Source: Candidatus Babelota bacterium | Lineage (GTDB): Bacteria; Babelota; Babeliae; Babelales; Vermiphilaceae | DNA: 64,000 nt | NCBI GenBank assembly: GCA_049325595.1 | Contig: JBMOLF010000010.1 | Coordinates: 1-64,000, forward strand | Direction: 5' to 3' | In this document: piece by piece, positions 18,636 through 28,026 of the stretch | How positions within the stretch are numbered: position 1 is the stretch's first letter | Layout of the letters: each line of letters starts with the position of its first letter | Made by a program: the position numbers and the translations under genes | Notes under the pieces: generated by a model | What the model was told of the DNA's origin: nothing | Database searches by the model: none | What the model saw: only the letters and a program-made list of their open reading frames with translations

Positions 18636-20834
18636 TATCTGTTCCATTGTTGGCTTTGATTGTTTATGCAATTGCTTAGTATGCTCTTGAAAACCAAGTG
18701 TGATTATCTTATCAATAAATTCCATAGGTTTCATACCAAGCTCTGCGGCTTGATGGAACAAGCATGTTGCCGGTGTCATAGCTGGCAAAGTATTAAATTC
18801 TATAAAAATAACGCGTTCATTGCCAGTTGGGCTTTGCTGTGCTGATTGATAAAAACAATCAATACGCGCATATCCTTTACATCCAACTGCTTTATAAGCA
18901 GCTTCCATTGTTTGTTTTACTAAGTTGAGCGCTGACTCAGGCAACGGTGCAGGGGTTTGATTTTCACCGGCACCGGGTAAGAATTTTTCTTCGATTGAAA
19001 GAATATCTCCTGTAGTTACCGCTTGGCTTGGCGGCAAAGCAAATGGATTGTCGTTGCCAATAACACCTACTGTCAGTTCCATCCCGTTAATGCATTCTTC
19101 TATTAGCGCATAATCTTTTTGTGCAAAAAGAATGTTTAATGCTTGTTCTAACTGCTCAAGCTTGGTAATTTTCTGTACTAATACGGAGCAGCCATCATCA
19201 TGGGGTTTAACAATAAGTGGCAATGGTAGTTGCTGTATTTTTACCAGTGCGCTTGCTTGATTGGCCTCCCATTCATTTTTTGGTAGCAACATTCCCTGTG
19301 GTATATCAAAGCCTTGTGATTGTAAAAACCTATTAGTTTTATATTTGTCCATACACAATGAACTGGCCACTACACCAGAACCATTGTAGGGTAATCCAAG
19401 CATTTCCAATGCACCTTGTATAACACCATTTTCACCTTGCCCGCCATGTAAGCCTATAAACACAAAATCAGCAATAGTAGGCAGACAAGACCATGGCACA
19501 TGCATCGTTTCATCAAGAAAGGTTTCTATTTCATGAGTAGAAGTTTTTACTAATAATTGCTGTGGTAAATGATACAACTTCATATCTTTATTTACAAAAA
19601 GAGGTATGGTCTCATACTTGTGCGGAGCTAATTTATACGTAATATTGCGCCCCGATTCTAATGAAATTTCTTTTTCATTCGATTGACCGCCCATTAAAAC
19701 AGCAACTCTTTTTTTAGTAACATGCATGCGTTCCATTTCTTGTTGTTCAAAGCGTAATACTTTTTCAAGCATGCCATAGGCATGTAATTCACTTTCAATA
19801 AGATAATTAATTAATTGAGAATGGCTCATATTGTGGTGAGCTGCTTGCACAAATAAAAAGCTTGATGGCGCCATACCTGATAATGAATTTGGATCGATGA
19901 TAACAACCGTGCCATCTTCAGTTACAAAACCATCAATACGCGCCATCGTTTGAAAATTAAGCTCTTGCATTACCTTAATGCATGTTTGCTTAATTTTTTC
20001 ACGCACCTGTTCTGAACAGCGTGCTGGGGTATACTCTGTTGCTTTTCCCGGCATATATTTTTGTGCGTAGTCAAAATACTCAAGATTTTTATCAGCAACA
20101 ATTTCGGTAGGTTCTAAAGCAAAAACGGTATTGGTTTTATAGTCAGTTAAAATGATGCAAGAAAATTCCATGCCTTCAATTTTTTCTTCAATAAGAACCG
20201 CTTGATCATATGTCGGGTTTATTGCACATGCTTTTTGAATGGCTTCAAGAAGATCATTATTATTTTTTACAATAGAAACGCCATAGCTTGAGCCCTCATG
20301 GTACGGTTTTACCACAAGAGGGAAGGTAAGATTCAGTGCTTGTAATTTGTGATCAATAGTACTTATGTCAAGCTGCGTAATTTCTTCAACATTAAGCACC
20401 AGGCCTTTTGGAGTTGTAATTTGCTTTGCATTGAGTAATTTTTTTTGCATGGTTTTATCCATGCTCAAAGCACTACCTAATAATTTAGACCCAAGATATG
20501 GAATATTGAACAATTCAAGCATTCCCTGTAATGTGCCATCTTCAGCGTAGCTGCCATGCATTGCTATATACGCAAAATCAATGTGAGTATTAAGTTCATC
20601 CCAGGCGATACATTGAGCTTCGTTTTTTAAACGATGGGCAAAATCGCTAATTTTACCGCGATGCAAAAAATGTTGCGGTAAAATGTATAGTTTGCCTTGT
20701 TCAGTTTGAAAAATAGGAACAATCGCATAACGATGAGGATCAAGATGATCGCATACGGTTCTACCAGAATTAAATGAAACTTCACGCTCTAAGGATTTGC
20801 CACCCATGAGCACTCCAACGCGCAGTTTTGCCAT
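18630..20834 (-). CDS. ddl: Tandem two-domain D-alanine--D-alanine ligase
   Basis: Two full ATP-grasp Ddl units: GGKSLEREVS/GGQSNEKEIS, HG..AEDG/HG..GENG, MDK, KP, ARID and N..GM/NTLPAM. Confidence 0.9.
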   Translation of the reverse strand: MAKLRVGVLMGGKSLEREVSFNSGRTVCDHLDPHRYAIVPIFQTEQGKLYILPQHFLHRGKISDFAHRLKNEAQCIAWDELNTHIDFAYIAMHGSYAEDGTLQGMLELFNIPYLGSKLLGSALSMDKTMQKKLLNAKQITTPKGLVLNVEEITQLDISTIDHKLQALNLTFPLVVKPYHEGSSYGVSIVKNNNDLLEAIQKACAINPTYDQAVLIEEKIEGMEFSCIILTDYKTNTVFALEPTEIVADKNLEYFDYAQKYMPGKATEYTPARCSEQVREKIKQTCIKVMQELNFQTMARIDGFVTEDGTVVIIDPNSLSGMAPSSFLFVQAAHHNMSHSQLINYLIESELHAYGMLEKVLRFEQQEMERMHVTKKRVAVLMGGQSNEKEISLESGRNITYKLAPHKYETIPLFVNKDMKLYHLPQQLLVKTSTHEIETFLDETMHVPWSCLPTIADFVFIGLHGGQGENGVIQGALEMLGLPYNGSGVVASSLCMDKYKTNRFLQSQGFDIPQGMLLPKNEWEANQASALVKIQQLPLPLIVKPHDDGCSVLVQKITKLEQLEQALNILFAQKDYALIEECINGMELTVGVIGNDNPFALPPSQAVTTGDILSIEEKFLPGAGENQTPAPLPESALNLVKQTMEAAYKAVGCKGYARIDCFYQSAQQSPTGNERVIFIEFNTLPAMTPATCLFHQAAELGMKPMEFIDKIITLGFQEHTKQLHKQSKPTMEQIL

Positions 20835-21008
20835 GATGCCCGGTTCCTTTATGTCATAAATAATTTTTTTGTTGATTTTTATCTTAGGGTAACGTGTTAT
20901 TTTTAGATGGTAAATCTTTGAGATATAATTTTCGCAATTCTTTTATATCATGTTAAAACTATATAGAACTTTAATAAAAAAATACCATCTCATGATAAGG
21001 AATAGATA

Positions 21009-21548
21009 ATGAGGTCTTTATTGATTGCGGCGTTAGAAGATTATAAAAATAGCAATCATGTAATGCATGATGAGCATGAAGTTATTGTGCGCTTTATAGA
21101 TTTTATTAATGGTAATGAGAATTGTTTTGAGCGAGGCAATCATGGACATGTAACTGGATCTGCATGGATAATAAATCACACCCAATCACATGCATTACTA
21201 ACGCATCATAAAAAATTTAATGCGTGGCTTCAGTTAGGGGGACATGCTGATGGTGATCCGGATATTAAAAATGTATCGCTTAGAGAAGCACAAGAAGAAT
21301 CTGGAATAGTAGATTTTCAATTTATTACACCGGTAATTTTTGATGTTAGTATTTATTCTATTCAAGGCCAATGTGGTTATCATTATGATGTGCGTTATTT
21401 GCTACAAGCACCAGAAAATGCGGTATGTGTGGTAAGTGAAGAATCAATTGATCTAGCATGGATTTCATTTGATGAATTAACGCATTATACTCAAGAGCGA
21501 GAAGTGTTACGTATGAATGAAAAATTTTTAAAATTTTTTAAAAACTAA
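21009..21548 (+). CDS. NUDIX hydrolase
   Basis: GHVTGSA, WLQLGGHADG...LREAQEESG and HYDVRY motifs. Confidence 0.88.
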   Translation: MRSLLIAALEDYKNSNHVMHDEHEVIVRFIDFINGNENCFERGNHGHVTGSAWIINHTQSHALLTHHKKFNAWLQLGGHADGDPDIKNVSLREAQEESGIVDFQFITPVIFDVSIYSIQGQCGYHYDVRYLLQAPENAVCVVSEESIDLAWISFDELTHYTQEREVLRMNEKFLKFFKN

Positions 21549-21563
21549 TAAGCAGGATTATCA

Positions 21564-22106
21564 ATGCAATTAGAGCGCAGATTAGTATGGATAGATTTAG
21601 AAATGACCGGACTTAATCCGGCGACCGATGTTATTTTAGAAATTGCTACTATTATTACCGATGGCCAGTTAAACATTTTATCGCATGGCCCTTCACTAGT
21701 AATTTATCAACCTGAAGAAGCGTTGGATAAGATGAATGATGTGGTGCGTAACATTCATTCAAAGTCTGGATTAATCAACGCAGTTCGTAATTCATCAATC
21801 ACCGTAGCTGAAGCAGAGCGACAAACCTTAGAATTTATAAAAAAACACTGCGCTCATTACCAAGGATTGCTTGCAGGTAATTCTGTATGGAATGATCGCA
21901 ATTTTATTGCGCAATATATGCCAAAAATAAAAGAATATCTTAATTACCGATTAATCGATGTTACTAGCATCAAAGAGCTAATTAATCAATGGTATCCAAG
22001 CTCTCCAAATCGTGAATTTGTAAAGCCTGAAAATCACCGTGCACTAGAAGATATTGAGTTTTCTATTGCAGAACTTGCTCATTACAAAAAATATTTTTTT
22101 ATTTAA
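21564..22106 (+). CDS. orn: Oligoribonuclease
   Basis: WIDLEMTGL, GNSV..DR, IDVTSIKEL and HRALEDI motifs. Confidence 0.95.
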   Translation: MQLERRLVWIDLEMTGLNPATDVILEIATIITDGQLNILSHGPSLVIYQPEEALDKMNDVVRNIHSKSGLINAVRNSSITVAEAERQTLEFIKKHCAHYQGLLAGNSVWNDRNFIAQYMPKIKEYLNYRLIDVTSIKELINQWYPSSPNREFVKPENHRALEDIEFSIAELAHYKKYFFI

Positions 22107-22241
22107 TGTAAAAAAGTTTTCTTGGTGATTTGCACCAAAGCTGATATATTTTTTTTTAGTTTTTTATTTTCTGTATGAAGATAAAAAGTAACGTTATTAA
22201 AAAAATATGCATAATTGTTGCAAGTCTAAGGGGGACTTTTT

Positions 22242-23195
22242 ATGAAAAAATTAAAAAATATTTTTCTCGGATTCTGTTTGTTTTCTGCATTATTTGTGAA
22301 ATCAGCTGTTTATAATGATAATGAGCTTAGAAAATTAGCTGAAGAAGTAGAAAAATTAATAGATGGATGTAATAAAAATAATGAAGAAAGATACCAAATA
22401 ATCATTGAACTGGTAAATAACCTTGGAATTAAAGAAGGTATTGATACTGAGACATCTATTGATAAACAAGCAAATCCAAAACCATTAACTGAAGATGAAA
22501 AGCTTATATCGGTAAAAGATCGAATTTTAAAAAAATATAAAGGCGATTTGCCTTCTGCGATTGATGATTTAATTTTTTATTTTAGTAACTATGAAAAATG
22601 TAGAGAGAATCAAATATCTATAGCTAATCGTCTTTTAATGCACGGAAATTCTGATGCGCGCAAATATCATTTGTTTAAAACTTTAGCACAAGAATTACAG
22701 GTAAAAAGTTATTCATTTTCAGCAGCTGTTCTTGAAGAAGCTGATATAAACACCGCTTACAAAAAAATAAGAACCGTATTTAATAATGCTAAAAATATGA
22801 ACGAGCCAGTTTTTATTTTTATAGATGACATAGAATTATTAAATATAAAAAATTATTCAAAATTAAAAATGCTTCTTGAAGAAATTGAAGATGCAAGAGA
22901 AAATCACAATCTTTTTGTTTTCGCATCCACAAATAATACTTTAAGTAATATTGATACTGCAATTAAAAATATATTTGCAGGAACTATGTGCGAAATTAAA
23001 CCGTTAAATGCTTCAGAGCGTGCAAAATTATTTGAAGAAGTTTTTGCTAACAATCAATGTAAAATTAGTGAACAAGTAGCAAAAAAATTAGCCCGTATTG
23101 GAGGGCCTATAGAGAAAGTTGATTTGTTTGAAGAAAGTGTCAAAAAAACTACACAATTGCGTGCATTTAAAGAACAATTAGAACAGGTTAAATAA
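22242..23195 (+). CDS. Secreted degenerate AAA+ ATPase-like protein
   Basis: Signal peptide; LLMHGNSDARKY (broken Walker A); FIFIDDIE (Walker B); ASTNN..IDTAI (second region of homology without Arg fingers). Confidence 0.7.
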   Translation: MKKLKNIFLGFCLFSALFVKSAVYNDNELRKLAEEVEKLIDGCNKNNEERYQIIIELVNNLGIKEGIDTETSIDKQANPKPLTEDEKLISVKDRILKKYKGDLPSAIDDLIFYFSNYEKCRENQISIANRLLMHGNSDARKYHLFKTLAQELQVKSYSFSAAVLEEADINTAYKKIRTVFNNAKNMNEPVFIFIDDIELLNIKNYSKLKMLLEEIEDARENHNLFVFASTNNTLSNIDTAIKNIFAGTMCEIKPLNASERAKLFEEVFANNQCKISEQVAKKLARIGGPIEKVDLFEESVKKTTQLRAFKEQLEQVK

Positions 23196-23235
23196 AAACA
23201 TAAATTTTGTTTACTTTTTAGTAACTCAAAAAATC

Positions 23236-23754
23236 ATGACAAAACACTATACAAAATATGTACTGATTCTTTGTTTATTAAGCAGCAATGTTGCTTATTC
23301 AAGTCCAACTATTGTGCAAACAATAAAGAATGCTTCTTTAGATTGTGCAAGCTTACTCTGGTCTTGCAAAGATAAATTATTAGTTGCTAGTTTAATCGCT
23401 GGATCAGGGTATGTAACAATTTTAAGTTTTATAAAAGCAACAAAATATCGTTCTGAAAAAGAAGCTATACAAGATTCGATCCCTTGTTTAAAACAGTATA
23501 TTTCTGAGCTTAAAAAATTTGCCAGAAAATGGCAAAATGCCTTAGGGCATGATTGGCATGTGTCACTTAGGTACGAAAAGATATATGAAAATGTGCTTAA
23601 TCGCAACAGCGACCAATACAAAAATATAATGCGTTTATACACAGCAGAAAGAAATTTTAGCGTCTTAGGATCATTGTCGCTCATGACATGCATTGGATTG
23701 TGTTGTTATTTGCATAGCATTATTAACCAAAATGATAGATATTGTTGCTATTAG
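23236..23754 (+). CDS. Hypothetical protein, signal peptide plus two TM segments
   Basis: 172-aa ORF; hydrophobic pattern. Confidence 0.65.
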   Translation: MTKHYTKYVLILCLLSSNVAYSSPTIVQTIKNASLDCASLLWSCKDKLLVASLIAGSGYVTILSFIKATKYRSEKEAIQDSIPCLKQYISELKKFARKWQNALGHDWHVSLRYEKIYENVLNRNSDQYKNIMRLYTAERNFSVLGSLSLMTCIGLCCYLHSIINQNDRYCCY

Positions 23755-23776
23755 ATTTTAATGGAAAAGCATTGGT

Positions 23777-24142
23777 ATGAATTATAGCTACTACTTAGAA
23801 CAGTTTCGCGATTTGCAAATAAATAAAGATCAGTTGTTTGATTTAGTCCCACGTAATGTACAACTTATAAGACCGGTGCTATTTGACCGGTTTCATATAA
23901 TTCATGCTTTGAAATGCTTGCAAAATTATCACCTAACGCAACAAGAATTTATGGATTGGATTGATATTTTGTGGCTAAAAGATACATGGTTTTCATTTCC
24001 TGAAGAAGAGGGTGAATGCATAGCTTCAATCATGAATGAGCTTGAAGAGTTTGAAGATCAAGAAACTGAATTAGCAGAAGAACATATAAAAAAATATATT
24101 TTTGCTTTGACAAATAATTTAGATATAAATGAGTTGAATTAA
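23777..24142 (+). CDS. Hypothetical acidic protein
   Basis: 121-aa ORF; no signal peptide; Glu-rich. Confidence 0.65.
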   Translation: MNYSYYLEQFRDLQINKDQLFDLVPRNVQLIRPVLFDRFHIIHALKCLQNYHLTQQEFMDWIDILWLKDTWFSFPEEEGECIASIMNELEEFEDQETELAEEHIKKYIFALTNNLDINELN

Positions 24143-24146
24143 AGTT

Positions 24147-24172
24147 GGCCGCATAAAGCGGCCGTTTTTTTT
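24147..24172 (+). terminator. Intrinsic terminator
   Basis: ggccgc-ataaa-gcggcc followed by a T-tract. Confidence 0.7.
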
Positions 24173-24524
24173 ATTTATCTAGACCTAATGTATCGATAAT
24201 CATTGAATCGATTTCTTTTTTTGTTTTACCTTCTTTGATTAACTTTTCTTCTAATTCTTTAATTAATTTGAACATTTCTTTTTTTTGATCGCAGATAATT
24301 TTAATTTGTTCTCTATCTTCACTAAATTTTTGTTTTGTGTTTTTTGTAAGTGCTATTGCTTCAAGGTCATTTATGAACTCTGTTGCTCTACATATATGCG
24401 ATAATTGAGCATAAACTTGAACTCTCAGCTTTAACTCAGCTTCTGTGGTGATATCAGGATTAAGTGTTAAATTAGCGTTCAGCGAGAATGGTAGTAAGGT
24501 TAATGCAGCAATTTTTAATTTCAT
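24171..24524 (-). CDS. Hypothetical secreted coiled-coil protein
   Basis: SD AAAGGA; leader MKLKIAALTLLPFSLNA. Confidence 0.7.
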   Translation of the reverse strand: MKLKIAALTLLPFSLNANLTLNPDITTEAELKLRVQVYAQLSHICRATEFINDLEAIALTKNTKQKFSEDREQIKIICDQKKEMFKLIKELEEKLIKEGKTKKEIDSMIIDTLGLDK

Positions 24525-24599
24525 ATCGATTTCCTTTATAACTGTTTTTGTTAATAATCAGCGCTCAGTATAAAGTGAAAGTGTATCTTGTAAATAAAA

Positions 24600-26570
24600 T
24601 CAATTAAGTGGATTTGGGGTAAAAAAAATAGAACTGCTGTACCAATCTTTATTGCATGCGTTGAATAATTGTGCTAATTGGTGTATGTCAGCACCTTTAA
24701 GATAAATTGCTCTCATATGTGTTTTTTTTATCATATGAACAACCGGACGAGCTGGTCCTAAAATAGTGACTGGTAATGGTAATTGGCCACTTAAAGCATG
24801 CAATTGGTTGCATAATGTTTGAGCCTCACGCTCAATAATTGCTTCATTGGCATGTTTTAGTTCTATTTGAGCAAGACGTTGTGCTGGTGGATAACCAGTA
24901 AGCTGCCGAGCTGCTATTTCATGCTCATAAAATGCGGGATAATTAACTTCATTAATGTAATTGAATATGGGGTGGTCAATCATGGTTTGTGCAATTACCA
25001 AGCTATGTTCACTTGATCTTCCTGCACGTCCTGCGACCTGAATAAGTTGTTGTAAGCAGGTTTCTGCTGCATTGTATAAAGGAAAATGAAGATTTAAATC
25101 TGCCCAGATAATGCCAACTAACGTTACTTTAGGAAAGTGATAACCCTTAGTTATTGTTTGAGTCCCTACTAAAATATCAATGTTTCCTACATCAAAATCG
25201 AGCATAGTCTGTTTCCAAGACTTTTTCTTGGCGGTGACATCTAAATCCGCGCGTGCAATGCGTGCGGTAGGAAATAATTTTTCCAAAATAGTAACTACTT
25301 GTTGGGTACCAATTCCTTTTTTTAAAAATTCAGATTCTGGTGCTTTGCATTGTGTGCATTCTAAGGGCAGTTGTTTGGTATGCCCACAATAATGACAGGT
25401 AAGAGAACTGTCATTATGTAATGTTAAGCTTACGCTGCATTGGGTGCAGGTAAAGATAAATGAACATTGTTTGCATTGTACAAAAAAGCTAAAGCCACGA
25501 CGATTAAGAAAAATAATAACTTGTTCTTTTTTTGCTAACCTATCGGTTATAGCTTTTTCAAGCTCAGTACTAATCCAAAATTGTTTGCGATATTTTTGTT
25601 CAGGAAGTACTACTGTTTGTACTTGGGGAAAATTGCCTGCGAATCGTTTTTTTAGTTCAAAAAAGTGCCAGCCTTTGTGCTTTACATTATAAAGTGAGCT
25701 AATTGAAGGTGTTGCTGATCCTAAAAGAATGGGAGTTTTATAAGTTTGGGCGCGTAATAAGGCCGCTTCTTTGGTGTTTATTTTAGGGTGTTTTTTTTCT
25801 TGGTAGCCCGTATCATGCTCTTCATCAACAATAATTAATCCTAAATTGGCTATAGGCAATAATGCTGGTAAATGAACCCCCATAATAACTACTGGTTCTT
25901 GCAATAAAAGTTTATTCCATACTATTTTTTTATCTTTTACACTGGTGCCTGAATGAAAACCGTATAAAGGGATATGAGGCAGTTGGTAACGCAATAATTT
26001 TTCAAACTGCAGGGCTAATGTTACCTCTGGTAGCAATAAAAGTGTTGTTTTATTTGTACTATATGTGTTGATAATAAGCTGCTTGTATATCTCAGTTTTC
26101 CCCGAACCGGTAACCCCATGCAAAAGAGTTGGAGCAAAGATATTTTTACCCAGCCAGGAGTTGCCAAAATCCACAACTTTTTGTTGCTCGGGGGTAAGTG
26201 TTATATCCTTTAAAGGCATTTCTTGGCGGTCGTCGCTTGATGATTCAGATTTAGTAATTTCTTCACTTAAAAAATGTTTAATGCGCGAGATAAGCTGAAC
26301 CATTTCTATACGATAATAAGCGCATAATTTTTTTAAATAATCAATATAATGAGGATCTGCGGGAAAGAGCTCAAAACTATGTGCTTTGCGAATAGTAAAA
26401 GAAGTAGGGGGAAGTTTTTGTATAGTTTGTATAACAATACCGCTCATAAGCTTATTTTTTAATGGTACTTTTACTAAAGAAAATAATAAATTATGATGTG
26501 ACCAATCACTGGGCACTTCATACAAAAAGGGTTCGGAAAAGCCATTTAATAAACAAACTTGTATATACAC
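24600..26570 (-). CDS. priA: Primosomal protein N'
   Basis: GVTGSGKT, DEEH, SATPS, NRRG, two CxxC Zn-finger pairs and QVAGRAGR. Confidence 0.96.
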   Translation of the reverse strand: MYIQVCLLNGFSEPFLYEVPSDWSHHNLLFSLVKVPLKNKLMSGIVIQTIQKLPPTSFTIRKAHSFELFPADPHYIDYLKKLCAYYRIEMVQLISRIKHFLSEEITKSESSSDDRQEMPLKDITLTPEQQKVVDFGNSWLGKNIFAPTLLHGVTGSGKTEIYKQLIINTYSTNKTTLLLLPEVTLALQFEKLLRYQLPHIPLYGFHSGTSVKDKKIVWNKLLLQEPVVIMGVHLPALLPIANLGLIIVDEEHDTGYQEKKHPKINTKEAALLRAQTYKTPILLGSATPSISSLYNVKHKGWHFFELKKRFAGNFPQVQTVVLPEQKYRKQFWISTELEKAITDRLAKKEQVIIFLNRRGFSFFVQCKQCSFIFTCTQCSVSLTLHNDSSLTCHYCGHTKQLPLECTQCKAPESEFLKKGIGTQQVVTILEKLFPTARIARADLDVTAKKKSWKQTMLDFDVGNIDILVGTQTITKGYHFPKVTLVGIIWADLNLHFPLYNAAETCLQQLIQVAGRAGRSSEHSLVIAQTMIDHPIFNYINEVNYPAFYEHEIAARQLTGYPPAQRLAQIELKHANEAIIEREAQTLCNQLHALSGQLPLPVTILGPARPVVHMIKKTHMRAIYLKGADIHQLAQLFNACNKDWYSSSIFFTPNPLN

Positions 26571-26770
26571 GCAAAGACTCGATAATTTTTAATATTTTTT
26601 TAATTTTAACATAGAAGTTTAATCATACCTAGCATAAAAAATGCTATTAAATTTTTTGATAAAAATTTTTATTAGAAATTTCTTGATAATCAAAAGATAC
26701 TATTGATACGCTAGTAACAGACTCATAAAAAAGGGAATTTATGGGGTGAAAGTGCGCAAGGCAGGGGGTA

Positions 26771-28024
26771 ATGAAAAATATGAAGCCGGAAGGATCTCGT
26801 GGTACTATTTATGGCTTTTCAGTACTAAGAGTAATTTTTTTATTAGTGGCTTTATTTCTTCCTTGTTTTTTTTCTTTTTTTCATACTACATCATCTGAAT
26901 TTGAATCTCTACAATCTCCTTTTAAACTTGGCATTGAAAATATTACCGAGTCATTTGTTGCCTCTTTAACTAACAAAGCCCGCGCTGCTCTTATTACCGA
27001 TCAAACTGGTGTTACCCAAGATGGCAAAACAAGCCTTGAAATACTTTATGAGAAAGATATTCCCGTACAAAAAGTTTTTTTTATGGATGAGCAATCGCAT
27101 CGCCATGCCTTAACAACCATGTCATTAAGATGTCCGTCAATTAAATTAATTTATTCGCCTAATTTGCAATGTACCAGCAAAGAATTTGGCGATATTGATA
27201 TTATTTTTTTTGATATGCAAGATAGTGGCACATCAGCTTATATGACCATTGCTTTACTGAGCAGAATTTTGTCGTATGGTGCACAAGATAAAAAAACAAT
27301 CGTTGTACTTGATAGACCTAATGTTTTGGGAGGAACTATTGAGGGTACATTATGCGCTATTAATGGCGAAAAATTAACAATGCCAATTCGTCATGGTATG
27401 ACTGTTGGCGAAATGGCACGACTTATTCATCATGAATTAAAAAAACAAGGCCCCCTTGTAGTAATTCCTATGAAAAACTATCGTCGTATCTTAGATGAAT
27501 TATCACCCCATTATTTAGAAACAATAAGAAATATTAATAGTTGGTATGACATGACTTTTTTATATCCGCTTACTTTTATTACACCATTTGAAACGGGATC
27601 TGATAATCTTAAAATGCAATGCATTTTGTTGCCCGAAACCATTAAATTTAATCGTGGCAAGTGGCATGAGCTTCGTTTGTTGTTGCAAGATATTGGTATT
27701 GATTCATCGTTTCATAGATCATATAACTCTCAAAAAAAACAATATATTTCAGGATTGCGTTTGTTTGTTAAGGATATTGAAAAATTTTCATCGATTCATG
27801 CATTGGTGACTATTTTAAAATTTTTCAAACAAGCAGGCATCCCTATGTCTTTTAGCCGTTCATTTGATGAATGCATTGGTACGACTAAATTGCGAGGATT
27901 TATTATGGGGCATAATGAGTGGCAAGATGTTGAGCAAGATATAAACAAGCAATTAAAAAATTTTTTCAATATGGCATCCCAATCACTTTTATATAAACCT
28001 TTGCCACGAATTGGTTTGGTATAA
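26771..28024 (+). CDS. DUF1343/NamZ-like protein, degenerate copy
   Basis: FKLGIE, LITDQTG, FDMQDSG, LDRPN and RHGMTVGE motifs; lacks the PEHG and R.YTY motifs. Confidence 0.75.
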   Translation: MKNMKPEGSRGTIYGFSVLRVIFLLVALFLPCFFSFFHTTSSEFESLQSPFKLGIENITESFVASLTNKARAALITDQTGVTQDGKTSLEILYEKDIPVQKVFFMDEQSHRHALTTMSLRCPSIKLIYSPNLQCTSKEFGDIDIIFFDMQDSGTSAYMTIALLSRILSYGAQDKKTIVVLDRPNVLGGTIEGTLCAINGEKLTMPIRHGMTVGEMARLIHHELKKQGPLVVIPMKNYRRILDELSPHYLETIRNINSWYDMTFLYPLTFITPFETGSDNLKMQCILLPETIKFNRGKWHELRLLLQDIGIDSSFHRSYNSQKKQYISGLRLFVKDIEKFSSIHALVTILKFFKQAGIPMSFSRSFDECIGTTKLRGFIMGHNEWQDVEQDINKQLKNFFNMASQSLLYKPLPRIGLV

Positions 28025-28026
28025 CA

